Below are positions 50,851-63,575 of a stretch of 64,000 nucleotides of DNA, one piece after another. The notes below the pieces were generated by a model. The model was not told where the DNA came from. It worked only from the letters and a program-made list of their open reading frames with translations, and searched no databases. The stretch covers positions 496,001 to 560,000 of the forward strand of contig OZ025659.1 in NCBI GenBank assembly GCA_964019335.1, read 5' to 3'. The position numbers were made by a program, and so were the translations under genes. The DNA is from Diplonema japonicum (lineage: Eukaryota > Protista > Euglenozoa: Diplonemea). Within the stretch, counting starts at the first letter, position 1. The number at the start of each line of letters is the position of its first letter.

Positions 50851-51642
50851 ATGACCTATGAAAATATAATCGAAGTCCACAACCTGACATACAACTATGT
50901 CAGCAGAGGTGTTGTTTCTGACCATAGTGCTTTGAACGATGTGTGTTTGAAGATACCAACGGGCTCCCGGGTGCTAGTCGCAGGGCAGAACGGTGCAGGG
51001 AAGAGCACAATGCTCAAGATTATTGCGGGAAGAACTATTGTTCCCAAGGGGAAGGCCATGGTGATGGGGATGAACGCCTTCCACGACACAACCCTCATCA
51101 AAAACATCAGCTATTTAGGAGAGTGGTGGTCGCAAGGGAGGAATTTCTTAGACGTCACCGTGAACCAAATACTCGACAAAAACTCTGAACCGGAAAGGGT
51201 TAAGAGGCTATGCAAGGTGCTTAGAGTGGACCCACAGTGGAAACTGGGGTGTCTCTCCGATGGCCAGCTACGAAGAGCTCAGATTCTGTTCGGCCTTCAA
51301 ACCTTCAAGCAGCTTATCATTTTAGACGAAATCACCACCGACGTCGATATTCTAGTCCGTGACGCCCTCCTCGAGTTCCTCAAGGAGGAATCTGAGGAAC
51401 GCAACGCAACTATTTTGTACGCAACACACATCTTTGAGGGCATCGAGGACTGGGGTCCTACCCATGTCCTCCGATTCACTCACGCTAAGGCCTCGCTCAT
51501 CCCTATTACAGAGATTCCCGAGCTCAAAACCCAATCGTTTTTTCAGATCATCCGCGGCTGGCTCAAAGGGGAGCTGTTGGAACAAGAGACCGCAAACCCT
51601 AAGGCGTGGCAGTTGAAGGCTGATTCTTTAAAGCTTAGCTGA
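50851..51642 (+). CDS. CAF16: Soluble ABC ATPase, CAF16/ABCI20-like
   Basis: Motifs GQNGAGKST, LSDGQLRRAQI, LDEITTDVDILVR, ATILYATHIFEG. Confidence 0.88.
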   Translation: MTYENIIEVHNLTYNYVSRGVVSDHSALNDVCLKIPTGSRVLVAGQNGAGKSTMLKIIAGRTIVPKGKAMVMGMNAFHDTTLIKNISYLGEWWSQGRNFLDVTVNQILDKNSEPERVKRLCKVLRVDPQWKLGCLSDGQLRRAQILFGLQTFKQLIILDEITTDVDILVRDALLEFLKEESEERNATILYATHIFEGIEDWGPTHVLRFTHAKASLIPITEIPELKTQSFFQIIRGWLKGELLEQETANPKAWQLKADSLKLS

Positions 51643-51923
51643 GAAGATTTAAAGAAAAAAAGAAGAAAAAAAAAAACGCCTTCCCCCCCAAAAAAAATGC
51701 TCCGGGTCAACAGGAAAAAGAAGAAGAAAAAAATACCCGTGTTGAAGCCTGGCAAAGATTGGGGCTGGGAAAAAAAAAAGAAATCATCCCCCCACCTATC
51801 CCAGATTTTTTTCCCCTCCAGGGGTGTCTCATAAAGACCTCCTTTAACTCATATCTCTTTATATTATTTCTTTTACCCGTTCAACATTGTTCTTTCCCCC
51901 CCTTTTTTTTAGCGGGGAGGGAA

Positions 51924-52835
51924 ATGGCGAGCAAACAAGGTTTGGAGTGGTTAGGACAAAGGTACTCCCAGAAGAGCGCCGACAAGCTCTTGGGCGATGC
52001 GAAATCTATCAAGCTCCATGAAGGGTGGCTGAAAAACTGCCGAGGGGAGTGGGGGGACATGAACCCCGGCATGAAGGCACTGCGCCTCGGCGTCTTCGGC
52101 ATGACAGGCGCTGTTGCCAAAATCCTGTTCAAAGGCGTGGGTAGGGGCGAATTCGACACAAGACGTTTACGCAACATGGTGGAGGAGTGCAAGAACGAAG
52201 GCAGGACATTAATCACCGCGTCCAACCACGTGGGCACGATAGACGACCCAGTTTTATGGGGAGCCCTCCCATGGTGGTGGGTCTTAAGCAACGCCAACCA
52301 CCGAAGATGGGTCTGGGCCTCTCAAGAAATCTGCCATAAAACCCGCCTCATTGCGACTGGCTTCGGTCTCGGCCAGTGCATACCAGTCGTCCGAGGAGCT
52401 GGGCTGTCACAACCAGCTGTTGCTGAGCTTTTAAACATCCTCCCTTCCCATCCATGGATCCACGTGTTCCCAGAAGCCATGTGTAACCAGACTGGGGTCA
52501 TGAAGCCCTTTAAATGGGGGATTGCGCATGTGATATGCCAAGCCACTACCCCGCCGCGTGTTCTTGTCTTTGCCCACCAAGGCATGGAGAACATGTACCC
52601 AGAGGACAAGACAAAGCTTTACCCGCGGTTTTGTAAGGTTAGGGCGCTTACAGGTCCGGAGGTTGATATTTCGGATTTATGGGAGGCGTACCAGGCACTC
52701 CCTTGCGGCGAGAAGATTGTTGGTTCGAACCAAGTCAGCGACAGGCAGGCTGAGATATACAAAGAGATCATTGCGAGGATACGAGGTGGTGTGGATAGTG
52801 TACATTCTGAGCTGTACTCAGCTGCTCGTTTGTAA
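51924..52835 (+). CDS. TAZ: Tafazzin-like lysophospholipid acyltransferase
   Basis: Motifs LITASNHVGTIDDPVLWG, IPVVRGAGLSQ, WIHVFPEA, FKWGI. Confidence 0.88.
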   Translation: MASKQGLEWLGQRYSQKSADKLLGDAKSIKLHEGWLKNCRGEWGDMNPGMKALRLGVFGMTGAVAKILFKGVGRGEFDTRRLRNMVEECKNEGRTLITASNHVGTIDDPVLWGALPWWWVLSNANHRRWVWASQEICHKTRLIATGFGLGQCIPVVRGAGLSQPAVAELLNILPSHPWIHVFPEAMCNQTGVMKPFKWGIAHVICQATTPPRVLVFAHQGMENMYPEDKTKLYPRFCKVRALTGPEVDISDLWEAYQALPCGEKIVGSNQVSDRQAEIYKEIIARIRGGVDSVHSELYSAARL

Positions 52836-53022
52836 GAACTTTTTTTTTTTTTTTTTTTTTTGTGTGAAAGGATGTGGAAGGTCAGCCCTCCCTGCCACCA
52901 CCGGGAGGCCACTCTTCTTCTAGCACGACTACTCAGTGCACACTGAAAATTTTAAGGAGTTAAAAAAAAAAAAAAAGAAAGAAAATTCCACAGGGTGACA
53001 AAAAAGAAAAAGAGAAAAAGAA

Positions 53023-53424
53023 ATGTCGACGTTCATGCGGCTACTGGACGCGGGTGTCTACTACTCGTCAGATGTGGTAGGGTTTGGGTATGCTGCTCTG
53101 AAGACCTTTGAGACGCTTCAATCTTCTGAAGAAGACACAGGCCTTGACAAGAAGTGGCTTCAGTACTGGGTTGTCTTCGCCCTGTTGTACACACTAGAGT
53201 TTTTCCTGGCGCCGATCCTTGGGATATTCCTGTTTGGGCAGTATCACTATGTGAAGTTTGTTGCTGTGATCTACCTCAACACAGGAGGAGCGCAGTTGAT
53301 CTACAACAAGCACCTTGTACCTCTTATCCAACAGCACGCCCCTGACCTTCTCAAAGGCCCTTCTGGTTTCGCGTCGACAGTGGGCAAGGGGATCGAGAAA
53401 ATGAACGAAATGAAGAAAGATTAG
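53023..53424 (+). CDS. REEP/YOP1/HVA22 (TB2/DP1) family ER-shaping protein
   Basis: Motifs YAALKTFE, KWLQYWVVFAL, YHYVKF, GAQLIYNKHLVP. Confidence 0.9.
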   Translation: MSTFMRLLDAGVYYSSDVVGFGYAALKTFETLQSSEEDTGLDKKWLQYWVVFALLYTLEFFLAPILGIFLFGQYHYVKFVAVIYLNTGGAQLIYNKHLVPLIQQHAPDLLKGPSGFASTVGKGIEKMNEMKKD

Positions 53425-53780
53425 AAGGGGGGATAAAAAAAAAAAAAAGGAGAGAGGAGATCATTATTACTGTGGGGGAAAAAAAAAATGTCGGACTGAC
53501 AAAATAATGTCCTGGAGTCCGGCACTTTTTCATTAATTTTTTTTTTTTTTTACAGTATTTTTTTTTTCTTTTTTACTTAGAAGTGTACAGTCTCTTTTTT
53601 TCTTTGAAAACGAAGAAATCTTGCTATGTAACAAAAAGGAGGAAAAGCAGGGGGGGGGGGGGGGGGTGTTTTTGTTTCCCGGGCAACATGGGTATGGCAC
53701 CACACCAGATATGATATCGTTAATATCACAGATCATAATTTGCTACACCCATGAAGCGTTGACTGTGGTTGGTCTTTTAC

Positions 53781-53820
<40 letters not shown>

Positions 53821-54711
53821 GGAGGTGGAACAAGGTGCTTCTGAAGGCTCAGCTTTCAAATACCCCCTTTATCTTGTATTTATGTGTGCCTGTCACACAA
53901 CCTAAAAAAATAAGAACGAGTGGGCTTTATTTCCTTTCCCCCCCCCTTTTTATTTCCCCTTCTTACCTCCCATCCCCGAGCTCTTCATATTTTTCGCCTC
54001 AATGAAAACCACCTCCTGTTTTTCTCTTTTTCTGAGGGAAGAAAAAAAAACAAGATTTTCTCCCTCCGCCTTCCTCCCGTCAATAAAAAAACCCCCCCTC
54101 CCCTCCCCCCTCTCCAACCTCGTATTCATAATGGTTTTTCTTTTTATTTCACACTTTCACGCACTCGGGGCCCCCATTACTTCACGCTAAATCTCATTAC
54201 TTCACGGTGAAATAATGGCCTGTTTTCCGTGAAGTAATAGGGGTTTCCGGTAAATATGCCTCAGTTGGCCAATTTTTGCCTCGGTTCAGTTCCCAGTGGG
54301 GCAACTTTTTCCTCTCAGTTTGCCAATTTCCCCCAGGTTCAGTTCCAAATTGGACTACTTGTTCCTCCCAATTTGCCCACTTTTGGCAAGGCCTGTTTCC
54401 CAGTTTCAACTTTTCTATTTAGTCAGCTTACCAAGCTCCCCAAAAGACTTCAAAATATCGAAGCAGCATAAAACCTGCCTAATTGAAGTACCCGAGGACC
54501 TGGGCAGAGCCCAAGCAAGGTCTTATGCGAGGCAATCCCCTCGGCCACTCGGGAAGCGCACAGAGCGATGGGGAACACCCAGCTTTTGCCATCGTTGCCT
54601 GTCTGCGTTTTGCCTCTGTTTTCCTCAAAATTTAGAAGACCTAAGGGGGGGAAAAAAAAGAAAGAAAACAGCAGGGAGGGACCCACATTATATCTACCCT
54701 CCCGCGGGGAT

Positions 54712-56355
54712 ATGTATCATCAGCAATATAGCTACGACTCGTCGAGTGCTGGCTACGAGGGGCATCAAGAGGGGTCCGGTGGCTATCAGCAGGAGGAATG
54801 GCAGGGGCACTACCAACACCAACAACAGCAGCACCACCACCAGGAATACGAGGCTGCACAAGACACACATTACCCTCCCCCACCTCCCCCACCTCAGAGG
54901 CACCAGCACCACCACCATCAGTATCAAAGTGGTACCCAGTATGACGAAGGTTACAGCAGGCCGTACCAGCAACAGCCTTATCAACCAATGAGGCGGGGTA
55001 CCACTTTAAATGAAGCACCTCCACCTCCACCCCCTCAGCAGCATCATCCTCAGCAGCGACATCAGCCTCAGCAGCATCAACCCCAGCAGCATCAGCCACA
55101 ACAACACCGGCCCCAGCCTTACCACAGGGATAAGGATGACTGGGATGATAGCACGAACTCGGTGGTGTACCCCTTCTACTGCGAGCCGTGTGACAAAGGC
55201 TTCTACACCAACAAGAGATACTTGGAACATTGCGAGGAACACATTTACTGCCCTGAGCCAGGGTGCAAGTTCCTGTGCCGGAAGGAGTACAAGCTCGACC
55301 TGCACAAGATGCTCCTTCACGATAGGAACAACGTGAACTTGGAAGACACAAAGGCGTACTTGGAGGCACGAAAGAAACGGTATCCTACCGCAGCCCGGTC
55401 CGCCGAGGCGAAAAAAATTGAGAAAATCAAGAAGGAGCGCGGGGAGTTGCTCAAAAAGGAACTCAACAAGTTCAACGGGAAGGGAGAGCGGGACGGCCAA
55501 GGGAAAGGTTCTGGGAAGGTTGGCGGGAAAGGTGGAAAAGGCGGGAAGGGTTTCAAAGGGGGTCCTGACCACCATTCTCGGCCACCATTGTACTATAAAT
55601 GCAAAAAATGTGGTAAGCCAGGGCATTACACAGAGTACTGTTGGAGCGAAGGGTCGACAGGGGTCAAGCGGAAGCGATCGGAGAGCATCGAGGACGATGG
55701 CCCAATGGAGGAATTTTCTGCTCGGGAGCCGCTCCCTTCACCCTTGAAGGGAGAGAAAAGGGATACCAGCCCCGAAGTCGAAACAGCACCGGAAAAACCT
55801 ATCACAAAGGAAGAACTGCGTTCCTATCGCCACGCACAGGAGCTTTCAAGGAAAAAACGGAAAAGACCGAGCTTTTGGGACAGATTGGTCCGCTCTGAAG
55901 TGATGAAGGAGAAATCAATGGTGCTACAGGCACTGCGTTATTTCACGTTGACAAATTTCTTGGAGAAGGAAATGGACTGGGCTGCGTTTGTGGCGCACTC
56001 TGTGGACGAAGAGGAGCTCTTGAAACCGGAGGAAGGTATGACCGAGGGGGGGGGAAAAAAACTACCCACAGCTGCACCCATCCCTGTGAGGAAAGTCACC
56101 GGAGCTCCAGATGCGGCGCCTGTTCCACGGCCCAAAAAGACGGCAGCTAAGGAAGCTGTGCTAGACCCCTCGTCTGATGAGGACTCGGACTCAGATGACT
56201 CTTCTTCTTCTTCCTCGTCTTCGTCTTCGTCTTCAAGCGAAGATGCCGTCAACACCAACCCACCGAAAAAGGGGAAAAAACAGCTTGCAAAAGAACTGGA
56301 AGCCGCGAGACAGATGGTATTGGATCTGGAAAAAAAGCTCAGAGCTGGACAGTAG
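54712..56355 (+). CDS. NUFIP1: NUFIP1/Rsa1-like snoRNP assembly factor with C2H2 fingers and an extra CCHC knuckle
   Basis: CEPCDKGF..H..H and CPEPGCKF..H...H fingers; AYLEARKKRYPT (NUFIP core); EKSMVLQALRYF..NFL; CKKCGKPGHYTEYC. Confidence 0.85.
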   Translation: MYHQQYSYDSSSAGYEGHQEGSGGYQQEEWQGHYQHQQQQHHHQEYEAAQDTHYPPPPPPPQRHQHHHHQYQSGTQYDEGYSRPYQQQPYQPMRRGTTLNEAPPPPPPQQHHPQQRHQPQQHQPQQHQPQQHRPQPYHRDKDDWDDSTNSVVYPFYCEPCDKGFYTNKRYLEHCEEHIYCPEPGCKFLCRKEYKLDLHKMLLHDRNNVNLEDTKAYLEARKKRYPTAARSAEAKKIEKIKKERGELLKKELNKFNGKGERDGQGKGSGKVGGKGGKGGKGFKGGPDHHSRPPLYYKCKKCGKPGHYTEYCWSEGSTGVKRKRSESIEDDGPMEEFSAREPLPSPLKGEKRDTSPEVETAPEKPITKEELRSYRHAQELSRKKRKRPSFWDRLVRSEVMKEKSMVLQALRYFTLTNFLEKEMDWAAFVAHSVDEEELLKPEEGMTEGGGKKLPTAAPIPVRKVTGAPDAAPVPRPKKTAAKEAVLDPSSDEDSDSDDSSSSSSSSSSSSSEDAVNTNPPKKGKKQLAKELEAARQMVLDLEKKLRAGQ

Positions 56356-56501
56356 TAACCATCATTATTCATATACCCACCCACCCCTTTTTTCTTTAGC
56401 CAATGCAACGGAGAACACAAAAAAAAAGAAGAAAAAAAGAAGAAAAAACCCTGCAGAGAGGGGGTAGCGTTGGGAGGCGAGCGGGCGGAAAAAATAAAAA
56501 A

Positions 56502-59200
<2,699 letters not shown>

Positions 59201-59361
59201 TTTGAAGTGTCACCAGTTTTTTTTTTTCCACCCCCTCCTATCAAAGTGACCCATAAAACCACCCATTTTATGGTTTCCTCTGTCTTCTTCCCCCCCCGTT
59301 CTTATTTTCCCCAGTCGTTTTTTTTTCTTAACAATCTTTTTTATAGTATTGTTGATTCACG

Positions 59362-60330
59362 ATGCTCGACCACCGCCCGCATTGGGAGGAGGACTGTGAA
59401 AGAGAATCGTGCAAGCGATGCTGCAAGAAGTTCAACATCATCAGAAGACGGCACCACTGCAGGCTGTGCGGGATGCTTTTCTGTGCGAGTTGCTCCAAGG
59501 GACGCACGATCATGCCAGCAACCATCGTCGACTGCACTGTCGAAGTGGAGCTTCTGTACGGAACCGTAAAGAAACGCGCTTGCACGAGGTGCGAGGGGTA
59601 CCTATCTGAGGCATTACGGCTTGCCGGTGAGGAAGAGGCCAAGTTAAGCAAACGCCTATACAAGAAAGAAACCGTGTACCGGAAGGATGTGGAGACATCG
59701 TGGTGGCTTGAAACCATGGAAATCCGACTTAAAATGACGACCAGCTCCCTTGCTGGTTCCATCGCCACTTGTATTAGTAAAACCCACAAAACCCCTGCAC
59801 CTCCTGTTGCAAACGTTCTCTCCCGTTGGTTCGCGTATTCACCCACAGACTTGGAAACCGTTTACAGCAGTTTGGAACTTCTCGCCCGTTTGTGTAAATG
59901 TGTTGATGTTTCCCGTCAGCCCTTCCCATTTGAATTAGTTGTATTGGGCGCCTTGGTCGTGGCTGCTAAGATTCGGTCAGAAGGAGCGTATCCTGACCTT
60001 CTTCAAGCGTTGGATGCCCACCCAAGGGGATACCCTATATCGGTTTCGGTATTTGCGCTTATTGGAAACTGTTCTGCGAAAACAGTGAACAGTGTGGAGG
60101 GTTGGTTTCTCACTTCTGTGGACTGGGATGTTCACCCTACGCGGGTTGGCTGTGAACTGTACAGGTGTAAAGTACTTGTCCTTAGAGAGAAGTCTGCACG
60201 GAGAATTCAGACGTTTTATAGATCGCACATGAGCAAAGTGCCTGTAGCTGTGTTGACTGCAAAAGCGAGTCTGAAAAGGTGCCAATCTAGCAGTTGGTCG
60301 ATCTCGACGGAGGGCATGTCAATCGAATAA
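59362..60330 (+). CDS. FYVE zinc finger - cyclin (PHO80/U-type-like) - IQ motif fusion protein
   Basis: WEED..C..C..F..IRRRHHCRLCG.LFCASCS (FYVE); GALVVAAKI...FALIGN.....NSVEGWFLTSVDWDV (cyclin box); ARRIQTFYRSH (IQ). Confidence 0.82.
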   Translation: MLDHRPHWEEDCERESCKRCCKKFNIIRRRHHCRLCGMLFCASCSKGRTIMPATIVDCTVEVELLYGTVKKRACTRCEGYLSEALRLAGEEEAKLSKRLYKKETVYRKDVETSWWLETMEIRLKMTTSSLAGSIATCISKTHKTPAPPVANVLSRWFAYSPTDLETVYSSLELLARLCKCVDVSRQPFPFELVVLGALVVAAKIRSEGAYPDLLQALDAHPRGYPISVSVFALIGNCSAKTVNSVEGWFLTSVDWDVHPTRVGCELYRCKVLVLREKSARRIQTFYRSHMSKVPVAVLTAKASLKRCQSSSWSISTEGMSIE

Positions 60331-62570
60331 GAAAAAGATTTTAATATCTACCCCCCCCCCCCCCCCCCCCACCTTCCTTTTTTTATTATTATTTATTCTT
60401 CCGGTTGTTCACATACATTTTTTTTTTTTTTTTTTTTTTCCTCTTTGAATTAGAAAAAAAAAAAAACGAGCTCGTCCGGAGGAGAAGGAACAAAAAAAAA
60501 AAAAAAAAAAAAAAACCCGTATTACTTTTGCCTTGGTTTTGCTATGCTGCCCCACTCCCCCCCCCCTTTTTTTATTGTGTTGCTTAAATATTTAACAACA
60601 AAAAAATTGAGGAGGAATGGAAAAAAAAAAAAAAAAGAAAAGAAAGAAAAACGCGGCCATTTTTTTTTTTTTTGTTCTTCGGGCGAGCTCATTGGAAAGA
60701 AAGAAAAAAAAAGAAAAGAAACCATTTATGTTAGCTTTTGTCTAGACTGCAGGTAAAAATGAAATGTTGGCAAACTAGCACGGGAGAGGGGTCCTTTATT
60801 TTGAGGCTCCAAAAAGGGAGTATCAAAAGATAGACCCTCCCCTGGCGTCTTTAGACTCGCTTTTTTTTTTTTTTTTTTCTTCTTTTTTTTTAAACCGTTT
60901 TTTCCCCCGAAAAGAAAGAAAGGAAAAAAATGTTAATCCGTGTGCCGTGATACGTTTCCTGTTTACATAGGAGGCGCAATCAACGGCCAAATTATATTTC
61001 TTTTTCTATTCTCCGATTCTGTTAAACTGACGGCCGGCCGCAGTCCCCCTTTCCCCCCTTTTTTTTTTTTTTTTTCCCTCTATCTTGGCCCCCTTTAGGT
61101 ATCATGAAGGGGGGAAAAGAAAAAAAAAAAAAAAAAAAGAAACATAAAAAAAAAAGACCTTGGAAAGACCCCTTGGGGGACTTTTTGGTTTTTTCTAAAA
61201 GTAAGCGAATTGTTTGAATGTGAGGGGTGGGGATGACTTGTGTTACTATCGAACCGAGAGAAGAAGGAATGACCGTCCCCTCACCAGTTTATGTTCTTTG
61301 ACTCTCTAGTTTTAGCGGCACCAAATAGGTGTTCAGTGACTGGCAAGGAGGTTTGGGACACTCTGATCTCGAATTGTCTTTTTTTTTTTCCTCGGTGATG
61401 GATTTCCGTCTACCCCCCGGGGGGAGTGGAAGTCTGGAAGACGGACACGTAGTGGAGCTGCAGCTGCAGCACACCCTTTCCTGCTGCACATTTTGAATAA
61501 ATAAATAAGCAGAGAGTCCCACCGTATTTTTTTCTACCAGTTCCTCTTCCTTTGGTTTGGGTGCAACCCCCCTTGAGCGAGAACGAAATTCGATTTTTTT
61601 CTTTTTTTTTTTCCGATGTATCGCATCCGCATTCTTTTTTTTTCCGTAAAAATGCATATCTCTGCACGAAAAAAAAAAGCCCTACTTATACAGATCTCCC
61701 CCCCCCCTTTTTTTTTCCTTCTTTAAGAATGGTGCAGCATGTGTTCTTTTGACAGCCCATCTTAATCTGGGAGAAGAAGTTGAGGGGGGGGGGAAAAGAT
61801 CCCCCCCCCCCCCCCCATCTACCAGCAGCCACGTATCTTTCAGCGCAGAAGGGAAGTTACGAGCGGAAAAGAAGTTGCTCGTACGCCAGGCGGTTTATGA
61901 ACCAACTAAAGCCATTCTTCTTCTTTTTTTTTTTTTTTTTTTTTTTTTCCCTTTCCCCTGTCACCCTCTCTTAAATTACTCGAGCGAAAGAACCCAAAAA
62001 ATCATTGGAAGTTTCCGAGAAATTTTGCAAAAGGTGGAAAGAGCGGGGGGAAAAAAAAAAAAGAGAAGAAAAAGAAAAGAAAGAAAAAAAAAAGAAAAAA
62101 AAAAAAAAAAAACGAAATAAACAAATGTTCTCCCTCTTATTTTTATTTCTTCCTTCTTCTTTTTTTTCCCCCTTTTTTTTTTCTTTGCAAGAACGAGTCT
62201 TTGGCTGTTGAAGATGGGGAAAAAAAAACTGGAAAAAAGAAAGGTCGAATTTGCCAACCAATGTGGTTCCTCTTTTCTCTCTCTTTCTTCTTCTTTTTTA
62301 TTTATTTATTTATTTGGTGCGAAGGTCAAAAAAAGAATTAAGAAAGGAAAAACAAAAAAAGAGGCGAACTTTTGCCTATAAAAAGTCACTTTCTCTGTTG
62401 ATCTGCATTTTTTTTTTTAAATTTACTTCCTCCCCCCCCCTCCTATCTCGATTTTCCTTCCCCTCTTTTATATTTTTTTTAATTTTTTTTATCGCATGAA
62501 ATTTCTGCAGGAGGGGGAAAAAAAAAAAAAAAAAAAAAGAAGAAATCCATACACATAAACACGCACAACA

Positions 62571-63284
62571 ATGCAACGGCCAGTAGGGATTCTTACCGAC
62601 GACGAAAAAAAAGGTGGGCTCTTCTCCAGCACCCTGAAGATGACAGACATCCGGCTTGGGGGAAAGGTACTGAAGATAGGCCTGATGGGCAATCCGGATA
62701 TCTTTAAAAGAGGCAAGGACGGTGAAGCCGTCCCTTGTATAATAGCCATATCAGGAGAGGCCCAACAGCATGTAAGCAGATTTTTCCAGGCGTGGAAAGT
62801 CGAAGAGAGGGGGTGGATAACCGTGACCCCCATAAGACCCAACAAACACGGGCTGTTTTTTGAAGACGAAAGGGCTCTAGGGATGATTAAAGGTCTGGTT
62901 GAGCATCTCAAGGAAACCCTTAATATCGAAGACAACAAAGTCCATCTTGTAGGGACTTCCAATGGTGGAACCACCGCCTGGCACTATGCAGCCCATTACC
63001 CTGACGATGTGGCCTCTGTGACAGTTGTCACAGGGTGCCTAACTCGCTATGCTGAGGCCAACATCTCTCGAACATTTGCTATCCCTACTGAGGTTTACGT
63101 AGGTGATGGTGACGAATTGGGCTTCTACCCTGCTCTGCAACACGCGAAAAGAGTATTGGACACAGCAGGCCACCCTAACTCAAACCTACATATATTGCCT
63201 GGCGCAGGCCACTTCAATATTGGACAATTCGTAGACATGAAAGCTTTCTGGGAGAAAATGGAGAGCATGAGAGTGAAGGAATGA
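62571..63284 (+). CDS. Alpha/beta hydrolase (esterase/peptidase-like)
   Basis: VHLVGTSNGG nucleophile elbow, VGDGDE acid, GAGH histidine. Confidence 0.85.
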   Translation: MQRPVGILTDDEKKGGLFSSTLKMTDIRLGGKVLKIGLMGNPDIFKRGKDGEAVPCIIAISGEAQQHVSRFFQAWKVEERGWITVTPIRPNKHGLFFEDERALGMIKGLVEHLKETLNIEDNKVHLVGTSNGGTTAWHYAAHYPDDVASVTVVTGCLTRYAEANISRTFAIPTEVYVGDGDELGFYPALQHAKRVLDTAGHPNSNLHILPGAGHFNIGQFVDMKAFWEKMESMRVKE

Positions 63285-63575
63285 AATGGGAGAAGAAACG
63301 GGAGGGGGGGGAAAAAAAAGAGGGGGAGGGGGAAAAAGTGTGTTCCCCCCCATCACCCTTTATTATTGGTTCCATATTTTTATATACTTGGGGGGGGGGG
63401 GGGGGGCAGTAGAATTTGGCTTCGGCCAAATGCACATTACCCTATCCTTTTTTTTTTTTATATTTTTCTCTTTTTTTTTTCTTTGATTGTATTATTTTCT
63501 TTATCCCCTCCCTGCCAAAAGCAAGACCATTCAAAAAAAAAAAAAAAAAAAAAAAAAGAGCGGGAGAAATTAAAA

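Noticed and set aside
61240-61290. Superficial similarity to U6/U6atac (GAGAGAAG) and a minus-strand GGTTCGA tRNA T-loop
   Set aside because: No AGC catalytic triad or U6 stem-loop, and no T-stem or cloverleaf.
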